A program made the position numbers and the translations under genes. Below are positions 24,385-39,900 of a DNA stretch of 64,000 nucleotides, piece by piece. Position 1 is the stretch's first letter, and every line of letters begins with the position of its first letter. The DNA is taken from assembly GCA_004431415.1 (NCBI GenBank), contig QPMI01000066.1, positions 310,001 through 374,000 of the forward strand, given 5' to 3'. The notes beneath the pieces are model-generated. The model was not told where the DNA came from. It saw only the letters and a list, made by a program, of their open reading frames with translations, and did no database searches. Origin of the DNA: Cyanophora paradoxa CCMP329. Taxonomy: Eukaryota; Plantae; Glaucophyta.

Positions 24385-27300
24385 GGGGAAGGAGTCCGTG
24401 AGGCGGGCGCCCCCGGAGGAGGATGGAGGGGGGAGGGGGGGTACCTCGATGGTCGTGACGTTGCGGTCCCGCGCGCTGCGCCGCTGCGTGTTGTACGCCA
24501 GCTGCCCGCCGCGGACGTCAGGAGGCGGGCGGGCCGGGCCGATGGCGGGGAGGGCGAAGCGAAGCAGAGCAAAGCGGAGCGGGGCGGGGCGGGCCTGCTT
24601 GACGCGGAAGACGGCGTTGAGGTCCTCGTCCTCCCCCAGGCTCTGCGCCGCCTGTCCGCCCGGTGCCAGGGCGTCAGGCCCCAGGCTGGGGCCGGCCTCT
24701 CCCCACGAGGCCCGAGGCCCCCGAGCCCGCGGGCCGAGGCCCCCTCCTCACGAGGCCCCCAGTGGGGGATCGCCGGCGCGAGCAGCAGCGGGGGTCCCGC
24801 CCCGGGCGGCCCTCCCCACGAGGCCCCCGAGCCCGCCGGGCCCGAGGCCCGAGGCCCAAGGCACGCCGGCACTAGCACCGGGGGCCCGGCCCCGGGCGGC
24901 ACGAGCACCAGGCGCGCCCCGAGGCAAAGCGGGCGGGGCACCCTCTAGGTCTAAACCAGCCAGCCGGTGCCCGGCGCGGCCAGCCGTCGAAGCCCAGGCC
25001 AGCTAGCCCCGCCCTCCAGCCCCGCCCTCGCGCACCTTGGCAAGCTTCTCCGCGAGGCCGGGGATCCCGAACTCGTCGTGCTGCGCGTTCCGCAGCGCGA
25101 ACACCACCGTCTCCAGCGCCCTGCCGCGCCGCCCCGTCGTCAGCTCCCGCCAGCCTCGTCTCTTCCCTTGCTTGCGGCCCGTCTTATCCCGCTCTATCTT
25201 GCGTAGCTTCGCTAGTTTCCCTGCTTGCTTAGCCCATCTCGTCTTGCTTAGCCCGAGCTTTCTTTCTTGTCCTACTCTGTCTGTGGCGGGCGGGCGGACC
25301 GTGCGGTGGAGACGACCGCGGTGCCGTCGTCGTTGACGCGGAAGACGGAGGGCGGGGACTGGTGCGCCACGAGGCGGAAGGCCGTCAGGTAGAAGTCCAG
25401 GTCGTCGTTCGAGAGGGCCCGGAACGACCCGCAGAAGCGGAGGAAGAGGAGTATGCCAGGCGCCTAAGGCAGAAAGAAAGCGAGTCAGGCGCGAGTGGAG
25501 CCAGCGAGCCAGCCAGCGAGCTCGAGTCAGCCGCGCGCCTCGTCACGGTGCTCGTGGCAGGAGGTGAAGAGGTCCACCAGGGCCATCTCGGCCTGAGGAA
25601 AGGAAAAGGCGCCAAACAGATTAGAGGAGGGGGAGGAGGGGGAGGGGGGGAGGAGCGGAGAGAGGCGCGCCAGCTTGCGTGTGCCGAGCTTGTGGACGTA
25701 CATCTCCACCACGAACTTGTGCAGCGGCTGCGCCGAAAGATCAGATCGGATCAGATGATCTGTAGAGGGGAGAAGGGGGCGCTGGCGGCAGCAGAGATTG
25801 CGCCGGGCAGCGGAGGGAGGGCGCTAGGGGCCGGGGAAAGGGGCGGGGCGCGAGCGCGCACGCTCTTGCGGCCGCCCTCGCGCGTCTCGAAGTCGTCCGC
25901 CTCCAGCTTGGTCAGGTACACCTCCCGGATCGCCTTGAGGCAGTACGCCGCGTTCTTCTTCTTCGGCTCGTAGTCTTCGGGGGGCGGAGGGGGTACAGGT
26001 TAACTTTTTATTTTTTTTGGGGGGGGAGTGGAAGGGTACCGGGGGGCAGCTCCTCGAAGCGGTCGGCGACGAGCTCGGGTACCCCCTTGTAGTTCTTCTG
26101 CGGTGAGGGTCAGAAGAAGACCGGGGGGGGGGAAGTCGGAGGGGGGTACGCCGCGCGCCCGCTTGAGGTTCGCGAGGAGGCGCTGCCTCTGGTTGCGGAA
26201 CTGCGTGACGGCGGGGTCGGGCCCCGGGGCGGATGGCTTGGCGGGAGCGCCGCCCGGGGCCGCCGCCGAGGCCCCCGAGAAGCCCCTGAGGAATGCTTCG
26301 GCCGAGCTGAGCTCCGCTGCGGCAAGCTCAGAAGAAGAAGAAAAAGGTACACAAAAGAGAGCGGAATTGGCATACCCTGCTCGCCCTGAGCCTCAGCGAT
26401 CAGGCCGAAGCCTTGGTCCCCGGGCTGGGGGCCGATCCCCGTGATGCCCAGCATCGCTGCGCCGAAAGAGGTCGGGAAGGGGAAGAGGTGCAAGGGGGTA
26501 GAGCTGGATAGCGGGGGGGGGGGTACCGGCCGTGAGCGCCGCGTCGAGCCAGTCCGTCATAACCTCCTGGTGCACCTGCGCAGAGAGTCAGAAGGGGTAC
26601 AGAACGTAGGAGGAAGGGTGGTACGGCGCGCCATCTTGGGGCGCCGCCGCCCCTCCAGCCGCTCGCGCTCTACCGCCTTCTTCGCCTCCTCCCCGAAAAC
26701 CTGGAAAAAAGACAGTAAGGGGGTACATCGATTCGATTCACGGCGGGGCGGGGGCTACGGGGGTACCGTGAAGAGCTCGTCGACGCGCTCGACGATCTCG
26801 GTGCGGCGCTCGGCCATGCGCTCGAAGTCCTCCAGCTGCGCCTCGATGCCTATCTCCAGCGACTCCATCTTCTCCCGCGCTGTGAACGAGGGGGGGGGGG
26901 GTGAGTGTTAAGGCGGGTACAGCCCGAAAACAATTTCGAGTTTTCTCTCGCGCGCGCAGCGAACCGGACTCGACGGCTCCGGAGAGGCCGGTGAAGGCCG
27001 CCGGCTTGCCCCGCTGCTGCTGATGCTGCTGCGCCTCGTTCGTATGCGGGGCCGCCGCCCCCTGCGCCGCCCGCTCCTCCGCCTCCGCCTCCGCCACTGC
27101 GGCCCCGCGAGCTGAGCGCCGGACGGACGGGTACAGGATCCCGGGGGAGGGGCGGGTGGGGGGTACGCCGCACCCTCGGCGGCGGTGGGTTCGAACACGT
27201 ACGCCCCGTCCGCGAGTTCGGCGACGCGGCGGACGGTGTACTCGATGGCGGTCGTCACGCGGGGCGGCTCCGGCGCCTCCCGCTTGGCCTTGAGGGCGAG

Positions 27301-28474
27301 CGGCGCCAGGTCGCCCCGGATCAAATCCGTGAGGGCCTCCTGGCAGGTCGCGCAGTCGTACAGGCCCGTGAGGGCCATCACGTGCACGACGCAGTGGTCG
27401 CAGGGGAGCGAGAGCTTGTAGACCGGCTCCTCCGCCAGAGCGTCCCGCGGGCTCGAGCCGCCGCCCGCCGCCTCCCGCGCCCGCTGCTCCCGCGCGCTGC
27501 CGCCGCCGGGCGCCATCGCCTGCGGAACCGGCGGCAGCGACGTCCCCCCGCCCTCTCTGCTTCGGCCCGTCTCGGCTGCGGGCGAGAGTCAGAGGGGGCG
27601 GCGGCGGCGGCGGGGGGCGGGCCCGGTGGCGCACCGTCCCTGTTGTAGCTGAAGCGCGGCACGCTGTTACCGAAGCCGGCGCGGTGCGCATGCGAGCTCG
27701 AGGGGCGCTTCCCCCTCCTCGAGGGCGGCGGGTGCGCGGCGCCCGCTGCAGCCTGATCCTGAGCCGCGCCGCCGGCCTCGCCGCTGGGCCCGGCCTCGTC
27801 CGCACCGGGCGGCTTCGGCTCTGCGCCCGCCGGCTCCTGCGCGGCCGCGGCCCTCGCATCTGGGGGCGGCGGCGCTGGCGCCTGCCGGGCGACGTGCAGG
27901 CGCGCCGAGCGGGGGCGCTCCCCGTCAACGCTCCTGAACGTCGCGGGGCCCCGGGACGAGGGCGGCCGCGGCCTGAGCGGGCCCCGGTCCGTCTTGGATC
28001 CCGGGTTCGTCGCTGCGGCCGACCCGGGGCGACGCGCCAGGTTCATGAGCCGCAATGTCTCCGCTGTCGTCGACGGTCCGGGGCCCACCACATCGGGCGC
28101 CTCCCGCATCGATGCCGAGAACGCTGGTGCTAACGAGCTGGCCGCCGGCAGGCGTCCGCTTAGCTACGCTGTCGCGCTGGGCGGTATTTTGGGCCGAGGC
28201 GGCTACAGGTCAGAGAAGAGAATGCAAGGCTGCAGAACTGCTTCTGGATCGCAGAACGGGCCTGCAGCTAAAGCGGGCGACCTTGACGGCCAGGCGGGGA
28301 GCAGCTCAGCAGAAACCGCGCCCTATCGGAGCGATGGATCTGGATCTCGAGGCTTAGGCGGTTGCGCCGCAAGTTGGCCGCAAGTTGTTGCACTTCGTGG
28401 GGTACAGTCTCACTGCGTTTTCCATTTCGCCTCTCCCTGAATCCGTCAAGTCCTGGCTCTTCTCGGCCATCTTG
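23377..28474. repeat. Tandem segmental duplication, right (intact) copy
   Basis: Collinear with 17718-21721 but retains the 26.0-26.75 kb exons and has longer introns. Confidence 0.95.
23495..28470 (-). CDS. Uncharacterised multi-exon protein: disordered N-terminus, CxxC..CxxC motif, coiled coil, helical domain and C-terminal EF-hand
   Basis: Spliced exons include PCDHCVVHVMALTGLYDCATCQE, EKMESLEIGIEAQLEDFERMAERR, FVVEMYVHKLGTRKL|AEMALVDLFTSCHEHRDE|APGILLFLRFCG and the EF-hand loop DLNADGRLTFAEF. The start exon is uncertain. Confidence 0.7.
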
Positions 28475-28553
28475 CACGCGGCAGGAGCTTCGCCGCACTC
28501 GGTCTCGCCGGTCCGCACGCCCCGCCGCGCACGTGAACGACGACGCGATATGA

Positions 28554-31590
<3,037 letters not shown>

Positions 31591-31884
31591 ATATACTGGA
31601 GCTAGCGCTAGAGAAGGGCAGGGGCGGCCCGGCAGCAGAGCCCTTTCTGAAATTATTCGATCTGATCAGTATTAATGAGATTTCAAAAGGCTGCTTACAT
31701 CGTTCCACGAACGTTCATTTTACATACGCAATCGAAACATAGAAAGGAAAATCGTCGCAACATCAGTTCGACAGCATAATCGCTCCGCCGTTTAGTATCA
31801 TCGTTGCACCGCCAGTGAGCTGCGTGCGCGTGAATTAGTTCACGGGAAACCAGGCGTAAGACACCAGGCGCCAAGGGAACAAAT

Positions 31885-32560
31885 TCAAAGCACCTTGACT
31901 AGGCTGCGGACCCTTGGGATTGCGTGGTAGACGTAGAGGGCCCGCCCGCCCGGAGACCACGTGTGCTGGCTCCAGACGATGTAGACTAGACCGTCGGGCG
32001 TGGCGGTGACGAGGCCAAGGCCCATGTTTCTGGGGGCAGGAGAGGCGAAACGAAAAGATCACTGCGAACGGCCGGAGCCAGGTCCGACCTGGTCAGAGGG
32101 GGCCGCGGGCGCACGGCACCCTGGCGTCCCATACCAATCATATGGTTGTACTGCGGCGGGATTTAATGCAAGGGCGCGAATAGATGCGTGCCATGATCAG
32201 CGATAGCTATGGCGCGCGCGCCTCGTCATAAGCGAGAGCACTGGAAAGCGCACTCTCGCCCTGCACCGGGCCTGTGCCCACCCGAGGCGACCACGGTTGA
32301 TTAGCGGTGCAAGTGCGCAAGCTTGGAAAATCTCAACCGCGGGACCGGAGGGCGCACCTGGAATCGGCCCATGGTTGCCGGCTGCAGTCAAGTTCCCGAC
32401 GCAGTGGGCGCTGCGCAGAGTCAGCCGATTGACGCGAAGTGCCGAGAATGACGCGATGAGAGCGCGCGGAATCGCGCGCATGCGCTCTACTGCCTAACAG
32501 GGAGCTTGACAATGTTGGGATCCGCGCCAGGCGGCAGCTGCTGCCCGAGCACGCGGCACG
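31885..32560 (-). CDS. Possible small multi-exon hypothetical protein
   Basis: Canonical splice sites join HCVGNLTAAGNHGPIP|GPVQGESALSSALAYDE|YNHMIGMGRQGAVRPRPPLTR|NMGLGLVTATPDGLVYIVWSQHTWSPGGRALYVYHAIPRVRSLVKVL* in frame. No homology recognised and the start is unresolved. Confidence 0.3.
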
Positions 32561-33393
32561 TATGCAGCAGCAGTACTATTGCCGCCTGCAGCAACCAGAA
32601 CGCCTGCGGCCGCCCTCGACCTCCCCGCATGAATCACTCCCGTCCAATCCGAGCTGCTGAAGACTGCCCCGAGTAAGCTGCTGAAGACTGCCGCGCGACC
32701 GCTGCTGCTCTAGATTAGCTACCGCGCTGGCGCTGTCGTAATGTAAATCCGGAGCGGGCGGGACTGGAGGCCGAGAAAGGCATCGCGCTGCGATTCGAAC
32801 CGCGGCCTCACGTGCCGAGCGGCTCGAGCTCCGACGCAAGGTTAAGCTGAGCTCGAGAGTCGAGCCTCGAGCTACATTTTATCAAGAACTAGATCTAGAA
32901 TTTCAAAGATTTCAAGCTTTCAGAGTCTGCGTGCGTCAGAGCCGGGGGGGAGAGATCGGGGTAGGGGGGGCGAGATCGTTCTGACCGTGCGTCGGTGTTC
33001 ACGGCTGGCCTTGATCGGGATCCGGCCGGATCGACGAGGGGTGTACGGTACGTTCGAATTTGCTGGCAGATAAGCACCGCCTGCCTGGGAGCGGCCCGGA
33101 GGCTCAGGAGCGCTCAACGGCACCTGTCGAAGCTCGCAGCTATCGCCGAAGAGAGCGTCCGCCGCGCTGCCGCAGTGCAGCTAGCAGCCTCGCCAGCGAA
33201 GCCCGGCCGCAAGCTCCGAGCGTCCGGTCCGATCGAAGTTCCGGCTGCATCCGCCCGGGAGGTTCCGTCGGAGAACCAGTTGAGCGTCGTCGGCGAGCAA
33301 AGCTCAAGCGTAGCGTAAGGAGACTTTACGACGCCTCGCCTCAGGGACCTTCTACCGGGTCTAGGCAAACGCCGAGTCAGCGATTCGGACTGG

Positions 33394-34902
33394 ATGCCGC
33401 CTCACCCGCAGGGCGCCTACGCGCCGCCGCCGCCGCCGGCCCCTTACGTCAACTCCAAGTTCGGGGATGATGTGCGTCTGGCAGCCTCACCCGCGGAGAC
33501 GCAGCTGCGCGAGCCTGCTGCTGCATCGCTCACCAACGGCTCAACGCAGGTCCAGGTGGACACGTTCCCCAGCACTGGAGTGGTTGTTCCGACAGATGCA
33601 GCGCACCGCAGCCATCCGCCGCACATGACGGACTACATGAAGAAGCACCGGCTCGACGTCCGGAAGCCCACCGGAATCCACACGCTCGACGACGGCATGC
33701 AGTCGACGTTCGTCTGGAGGAACATCAGCTTCACAGGTGTGCATGCACTCTTTCTGAAGCCGCAGGCTTCCCGCGCTCACGCATACTACCGCAGTCAAGA
33801 CGAAGAACGGCCCTCGCAAGGTCTGCCGCCCTCACAGCCTGCGGCAGCGCGGTTCGACGCCAACCCGTAATCGTGAGCGCAGATTCTGGACAACGTGAGC
33901 GGCGCCGTGCGGCCCGGCGAGCTTCTGGTGCGTTTATCCGGAACCGGATTCGAGATCAAATTGCAGGGCCAGATCAAATTCCGTTGGCGTCGCTGACCGC
34001 TCTGGTGCCCGGACCTGCAGGCGATCATGGGCCCCTCTGGTTCCGGCAAGACGTGCGCACGCAGCCGCGAGCGCCTGGTCATGGGTCCTGAGCTTAAACT
34101 TCGAATTCGCGCAGGACGATGCTGGACTTCCTCGCGGACCGCCTCACCGGCGACATCACCGGCGAGGTGGTGCGCGCGCCCAGCCCGCCGTCCTTTCTGC
34201 GCTTCGGATTATTCGGCCGCCGACCGAGCCGCCGCGCAGCTTGTCAACGGGCGGCCGCGCGACGGCAGCTTCAAGCGCCTCGCGTCGTACGTCCCGCAGG
34301 AGGGTCCGCCCGCCTGCCGCGCCGCGCCGCCGCGCCCGCCCGCATCGACGATCTTCGCTCCGTGCAGAGTTCTTCTTCGGGAGCCTGACCGTGCGGGAGA
34401 CGCTGATGTTCTCGGCGCGCCTCAACCTGCCCGACTCGCTCTCGGCGGAGGAGAAGCGGAAGCGGGTGGACGCCGTCGTGCAGGCGCTCGGGCTGGGCGT
34501 GTGCGCCGACACCAAGATCGGCTCGCCCTTCTTCCGCGGGATCTCCGGCGGCCAGAAGCGCCGCCTCTCCATGGGCATCGAAATCATGTGCGCCCCCGTC
34601 GCCGGCGCCGGCGCCGTCGGCGAATTCGAAGCCGGATCGAGCTCTGACGGATCTTCCGTCTGTTTCCGCAGCACGGACCCCTCGATCATCCTGCTCGACG
34701 AGTGCGTTCAAACATAAAAGATTTAATCCGCGCGCCAATTGCAAGCTGACCGCGGCCCGCGCCGGCGCCGGCAGGCCGACGTCGGGCCTTGACTCGGCGG
34801 CGGCGGCGGCGGTCGTGGAGGGCATGCGGCACCTCGCCGCCGACGGGCGCACCGTCCTCTGCACCATCCACCAGCCCGAGTCCGAGGTCTTGTGCGCCTG
34901 AG

Positions 34903-34936
<34 letters not shown>

Positions 34937-37362
34937 AAACCCCGCGCGCATGTCCCCCCCTCTCCCTCCTCCCCACTCCCCCTCCCTCCTCTCCCCTCCT
35001 TCCTCCCTCCTCCCCCCTCCTCCCCTCCCCCCCCCCTCCCCTTCCCCGCCCGCGCGCATGTCCGGCCCTCTCTGACGCCCCTCCGCAGCAACATGTTCGA
35101 CCGCGTCCTCATCCTCTCGACCGGCAAGATGGTGCCCTCCTCGAGCCCCCGCCCAGATCTAGACCCCCGCTCACGCTCGGTCCCGGCAGATCTACCAGGG
35201 CCCTACGCAGGAGCTCGTCTCCTACATGGATCGCGTCATGCGCGAGCCGTGCCCCTCCTTCGTCAACCCCTCCGACCACGCCCGTGCGCGCGCCGCGCCC
35301 GATCGAAGTCTTTGCCGGCCGCTCCGTCCCGACTCGCTCGCCTCCAGTGCGGCTGGTGAACATCGACTTTCTGGAGCCGCAGGACCTCGAGCAGGGCCGC
35401 CAGCGCATCGCCTCCGTGAGCCCCGACCGGCCCGGCCCGTCCCGTCCTCTCCCCCCGACGGCGCCTCACGGGTCCCGCCGCGCAGTACGTGCAGGCCTTC
35501 CAGACGAGCTCCCAGTACCAGGACCTTATGGCCACCGTCGACCGCGTCAAGGCCGAGACCCACGGCGTGCGCTCACCTGACCTTGCCTGGTCTGAGGTCT
35601 GAAGTTCTCCCGGGCATGCGCAGGGCGCCGCGCAGACGAAGATCAGCACGTACCGTACCGGCGTCTTCACGCAGACGGCCGTCCTCACCCACCGCAACAT
35701 CCTCAACAACGTCCGCGACCCGATTCTGATCCATCCGATCCGATCCGATCCGATCCGATCTGATCTGATCTGAGCATCCCTCAGATGCGGAACCCGGCCA
35801 TCTTCTGGATCCGCCTCGCGATGTACCTCATGCTCTCCATCCTCGTCGGTCCGTCTACGCTGGCCGACATCGATATATATAGACACACACATAAAGAATA
35901 ACACATTTTTAGAACTTGTTCTTCTTAATGTGTGCCGATATCGATCCCAGCGTTCTTCTTCTCACTCACTCACTCACCCACGCGCGACCGGATCCGGACC
36001 GGCAGGCACCTGCTTCGTGAACGTGGGCGTTGAGGACCGTGCCGTCCAGAACCGCGCCTCGGTCATGTGGTACATCAACTCCTTGTGCGTCGCCCGCCCC
36101 CGCCCCGCCCCGGCCCGCGGCCGGCCCGCTCCCGTCCCTCCTAGGCCTGGGATCGGCTGATCGTGACGCTCGGGCAGCTTCGTCTTCATGTCGGTGTCTG
36201 CCATCCCCGCCTTCATCGAGGAGCGCAACGTCTTCATGAAGGAGCGCGCGAACGGCGCGTACCGCCTGAGGTCCGCACGACGCTGCCAACGCCCGCCCAG
36301 ACCCTCCGAATTCGCTGACCGCTCCTCCCCGCGCAGCGCGTACTGGCTCGCCAACTTCCTCGCCTCCGCGCCCTTCGTCTTCCTCATCGCCATCGTCTCC
36401 TCCGGCAGTGCGCTCCGGATCCAGTCCCGCCCCGCCCCATCTTAAGCTTAAGCTTGGCTCGCAGTCTACTACCCGATCATCAAGCTGCGGGAGGACGGCA
36501 GCGCCTACGGCTTCCACCTGCTCATCATCTGGACCTCGCTCATGTGCGCCGAGGCGATGACCCTCGTCATGTCCGGTCCGCCCCGCCCCGCCCCGCCCCC
36601 TTCGCTCTCGACTTTGCCTCACGCCTCGCGCCTCGCGCCTCAGCCATCGTGCCGATCTTTATGGTGGCCCTCGCCGGCGGTGCCTTCCTCTTCGGCTACA
36701 TGATGACGGTGCCCACCGCCCGCCGCCCGCCACCGCCGCCCGCTCCGGTCTCGCTCTCGTGATCGCTTCTTTTCAGGTGATGGGCTACTTCATACAGCCC
36801 GTGGACCTCCCCAAGTTCTGGCTCTACCTCGGCTACTACTGGGCAGCGCACACGTACGCCTGGGCCGCCTTTATGAAGAACGACTTCAGCGGGCTCGTCT
36901 TCAACACGCGGCGCTACTGCAACTCGAGCCTGCCCGCCCTCACCTTCAACGGCACCCTCCCCACCGACCTCGCTTCGCCCAACGCCGGGTCCGCACGCAC
37001 GCACGGCTCGCCTGGCCTGGCCTGGCCGCTCCGCCGCGCCTGACCACGAGGGCCCCCGGGGCAGGGCCTGCATCCTGTGGAATTTCTCGAGCAACTCGAC
37101 GGCGCCGCTGACCCTCGCGTCCCCCGGCTCCGCGGCCCTCAATTACTGGAACATGTTCGTGCCCCTCGATTTGATCCTGCCCCAATCCCGCCTCCCCTCG
37201 CCCGCTCGCCCACGCGCCGCTGACCCTCGCGATCGCCTCCCCGGCCCCGTTAGGATGACGCACGACAAGTGGTACGACTTCCTCATCCTGGCGGGCATGC
37301 TCCTCTTCTACCGCGTCTGCTTCCTCGTCCTCCTCAAGTTCCGCCACACCGGCAAGAAGTAG
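33394..37362 (+). CDS. Half-size ABCG (White-family) transporter, NBD-TMD order
   Basis: Walker [22 protein letters not shown], signature [11 protein letters not shown], Walker [31 protein letters not shown], hydrophobic TM exons; ends HTGKK-TAG. Confidence 0.95.
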
Positions 37363-38747
37363 ACTGGGCGCGGAGGCTATATATAGCTCATGATCAAACC
37401 CAAGGCCTACGCCATGAACTGCAGCATTTCCCCCCTTTTTCATGCACATATATATATCCGCATATTTGTCGGCCAGTCATTAATCACCCGATATCGATAT
37501 CAATGCGGAACGTGTTTTCGCATGCTCCGGATCCCGCGCGCGCTGCATAACACATTTATTTGACTCCGCGAAAAATGTCAGACGTCGACCGGGTTTCCTT
37601 CAATTTATAATTACGTACACGTATATATATACTTGCGTTTTTGATTAGGTGTTGCTGGTGTAGCGTATTCATTTTCATTAGCTTATCAAAATCGCGCGCG
37701 AACGCGTACATGCACAATCACTTCTCTTTGAGCTATAGTCTAGTACTAGTTCTGCGGCCGTTAACGTTGAATTAATTGCCGCCCTTTGCGCGTGCCGCAG
37801 AGCCGCAGTGCCTGGCTAGCTATATATATAGCCCTTCTGCGCTTGACAAATCTAGAACCGATCGATGTCACGTGCCACGGTGGTCGTCGGCGGCGCAGGG
37901 GGCCGTCCCATGAGCCAAGATGCATGCGTAGCAAGCCTTGAAGTGCGTGCCGCATGCATACGCAGATGCAAGCTCATGATCACGATCGAGCTTCGAATTC
38001 GCCGAGTTCAAGTTGTCTTTAGCCCTCAGGGACGTGGTCATAGAAAGCTCTTGCGATGCTCGCCGAGTCGGCCGCATGCAGATGGCAGATCTAGAGCTTG
38101 TCAGAAATGCCAGCCTGGCAGTGCTCGGGAAGCAGCGCGTGCTGCGCGCGAAGCTGCATGCACAGCAACCGACTCGGGCCGGGCCGAGCTCGCTCGCGCA
38201 CGCCAGCGCCGCGCGCGCGACGCGTATATACGTCGGCGGCGACTCGGCCGCCGGGCCGGCCCGGGCGCCGCGGCGCGTGCGCGTACGTGTGCACGTGGCG
38301 CCGCGCGCGCGCCGACACAGTCAGATCTACTAGCTATAGGCCGAGCAGTCTCGAAGCAGAGCTAGCCTAGGCCTAGTAGGCCGCCGGCGTGCAAGCCCAA
38401 GTGGCTCTAGTTTATCATCACAAAGATGATGATCAAATTAAAAGATAATGATAATGATAATGATAATGATCATGATCAGGCTCTCGCAGGGAAACTTGAG
38501 TTCTCTCTCGCAGGGAAACTTGAAAAACGCAATCGAATAGATCCCGGCCCATTGATCGTTGTTACGATCCGTTAATATAAACGGCCGCGGTCGGGGGCCC
38601 GGGGCGGCGGGGCCCGAGTCGACGAATGGACGATTCGATCGAGTTCCGTCGTTTCGGTTTTGTGAAAAGCGATTGAGACGCTCCATTGGCAACATGTACA
38701 CGATCGCGATTCGCGAGATTCGAATTCGCGACGATGTCAATGCCGGC

Positions 38748-39116
38748 TAGGGCACTGGCCGGCGGGTCTCGAAGCTTGCACCGGGGCTGGCCCAAAATTC
38801 CGAAAGCTTGCACCGGGGCTGGCCCTAGCGGCTTGGCGGCTTCAAAATTTCGGCTGGCTTGCCAGCGGCTTGCCAGTTACTATGGTACCGGTGGCCAGCG
38901 CGGCTTGGTCTGGCTTGGTGCAGCTCGCGCTAACTTCACCCATGCTTCGTTCGCCGGCTCGATTAAGAGCCCCGGGCTTGCTGACTTGGCTGACAAGCCG
39001 GGGAAAACCGGCAAAACCCCTGGGCTGGCAAGCCGGGGTTTCGGCTGCCTAGCCCAGGCGCCCCCCGCCTAAATTGGCCGGCTACCTAGCCGGCTTGGCC
39101 GCCGGCCAGTGCCCTA
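38748..39116. mobile_element. Non-autonomous hAT-type DNA transposon (MITE), 369 bp
   Basis: Perfect 18-bp TIRs TAGGGCACTGGCCGGCGG / CCGCCGGCCAGTGCCCTA; perfect 8-bp TSD ATGCCGGC (38740-38747 and 39117-39124); many GGCTTG/GGCTGG subterminal motifs. Confidence 0.93.
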
Positions 39117-39479
39117 ATGCCGGCGCGGCGGCGCCGGCCCGGCGGCGTCGACGTCAATGCCGCGTCGACGTCGATCATGGCGCAAACGAATGATACATGT
39201 ACATGATTCTGCGCGGTGCGCGGAAAAGCGATTGCGAATTGCCATTACTCATGATACCACTGATTAGTCCTTATCAATCCTTGTCTTAAATGTGAACAGC
39301 GGTCGCGGCCGTCGGGAATCGAAGACGGGTCTCATGATTCTAATCTTGGGTCCGGGACCCGAGTCCGGGTACGCGATGTATGATTGCGCGCAGGCTCCCA
39401 TATTCCCGAGTCCGTCGTTCGTTCCGATTCACGGTGGTCGTACTACGCGGTACCCGGGCCAGCCGCGGCCCGCAGTCTT

Positions 39480-39900
39480 CAACTGCAGCCTGCAGCCTGC
39501 AGGCTGCAGCCTGCAGGCTCTCAGCTGCCGGCGCCTGCCGGCCGCGGGCGGCTCAGCCGCGGCAGCGGCGCGGCTGCCGCAGTCACAGACTCACCGCCGA
39601 GTCACCGGTACCGTAGTACCGCCGGCCGGAGGCTGCAGCCTGCAGGCTCTCAGCTGCCGCAGTCACAGACTCACAGTGCAGCGGCACTGCAGCCCGCGGC
39701 CTGTGCAGCCGTGCAGAGTCACTGCAGACAGTGCAGGGCACTGCAGCCTGACTGCAGGCTGCGGCAGCGCAGCTGCATGAGGCTGCTGAGCACCACGTGC
39801 ACATAGTCGCGTGCACGTGTAGCTAATACTAGCTATAGGTACTGCTGTAGCTGAGCTGCAGCTGTGAGCTGCCGAGCGCTGCATGCGCACTTCGCAGCTG
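39480..39900. repeat. Low-complexity CTGCAG/CAGCTG-rich intergenic tract with internal duplications
   Basis: ggctgcagcctgcaggctctcagctgccg and cgcagtcacagactcac each occur twice. Confidence 0.75.

Noticed and set aside
31830-32160. Structured ncRNA (Sm-site-like AATTTGTT and small hairpins)
   Set aside because: No diagnostic snRNA, SRP or RNase P/MRP motif; a spliced coding reading explains it at least as well.
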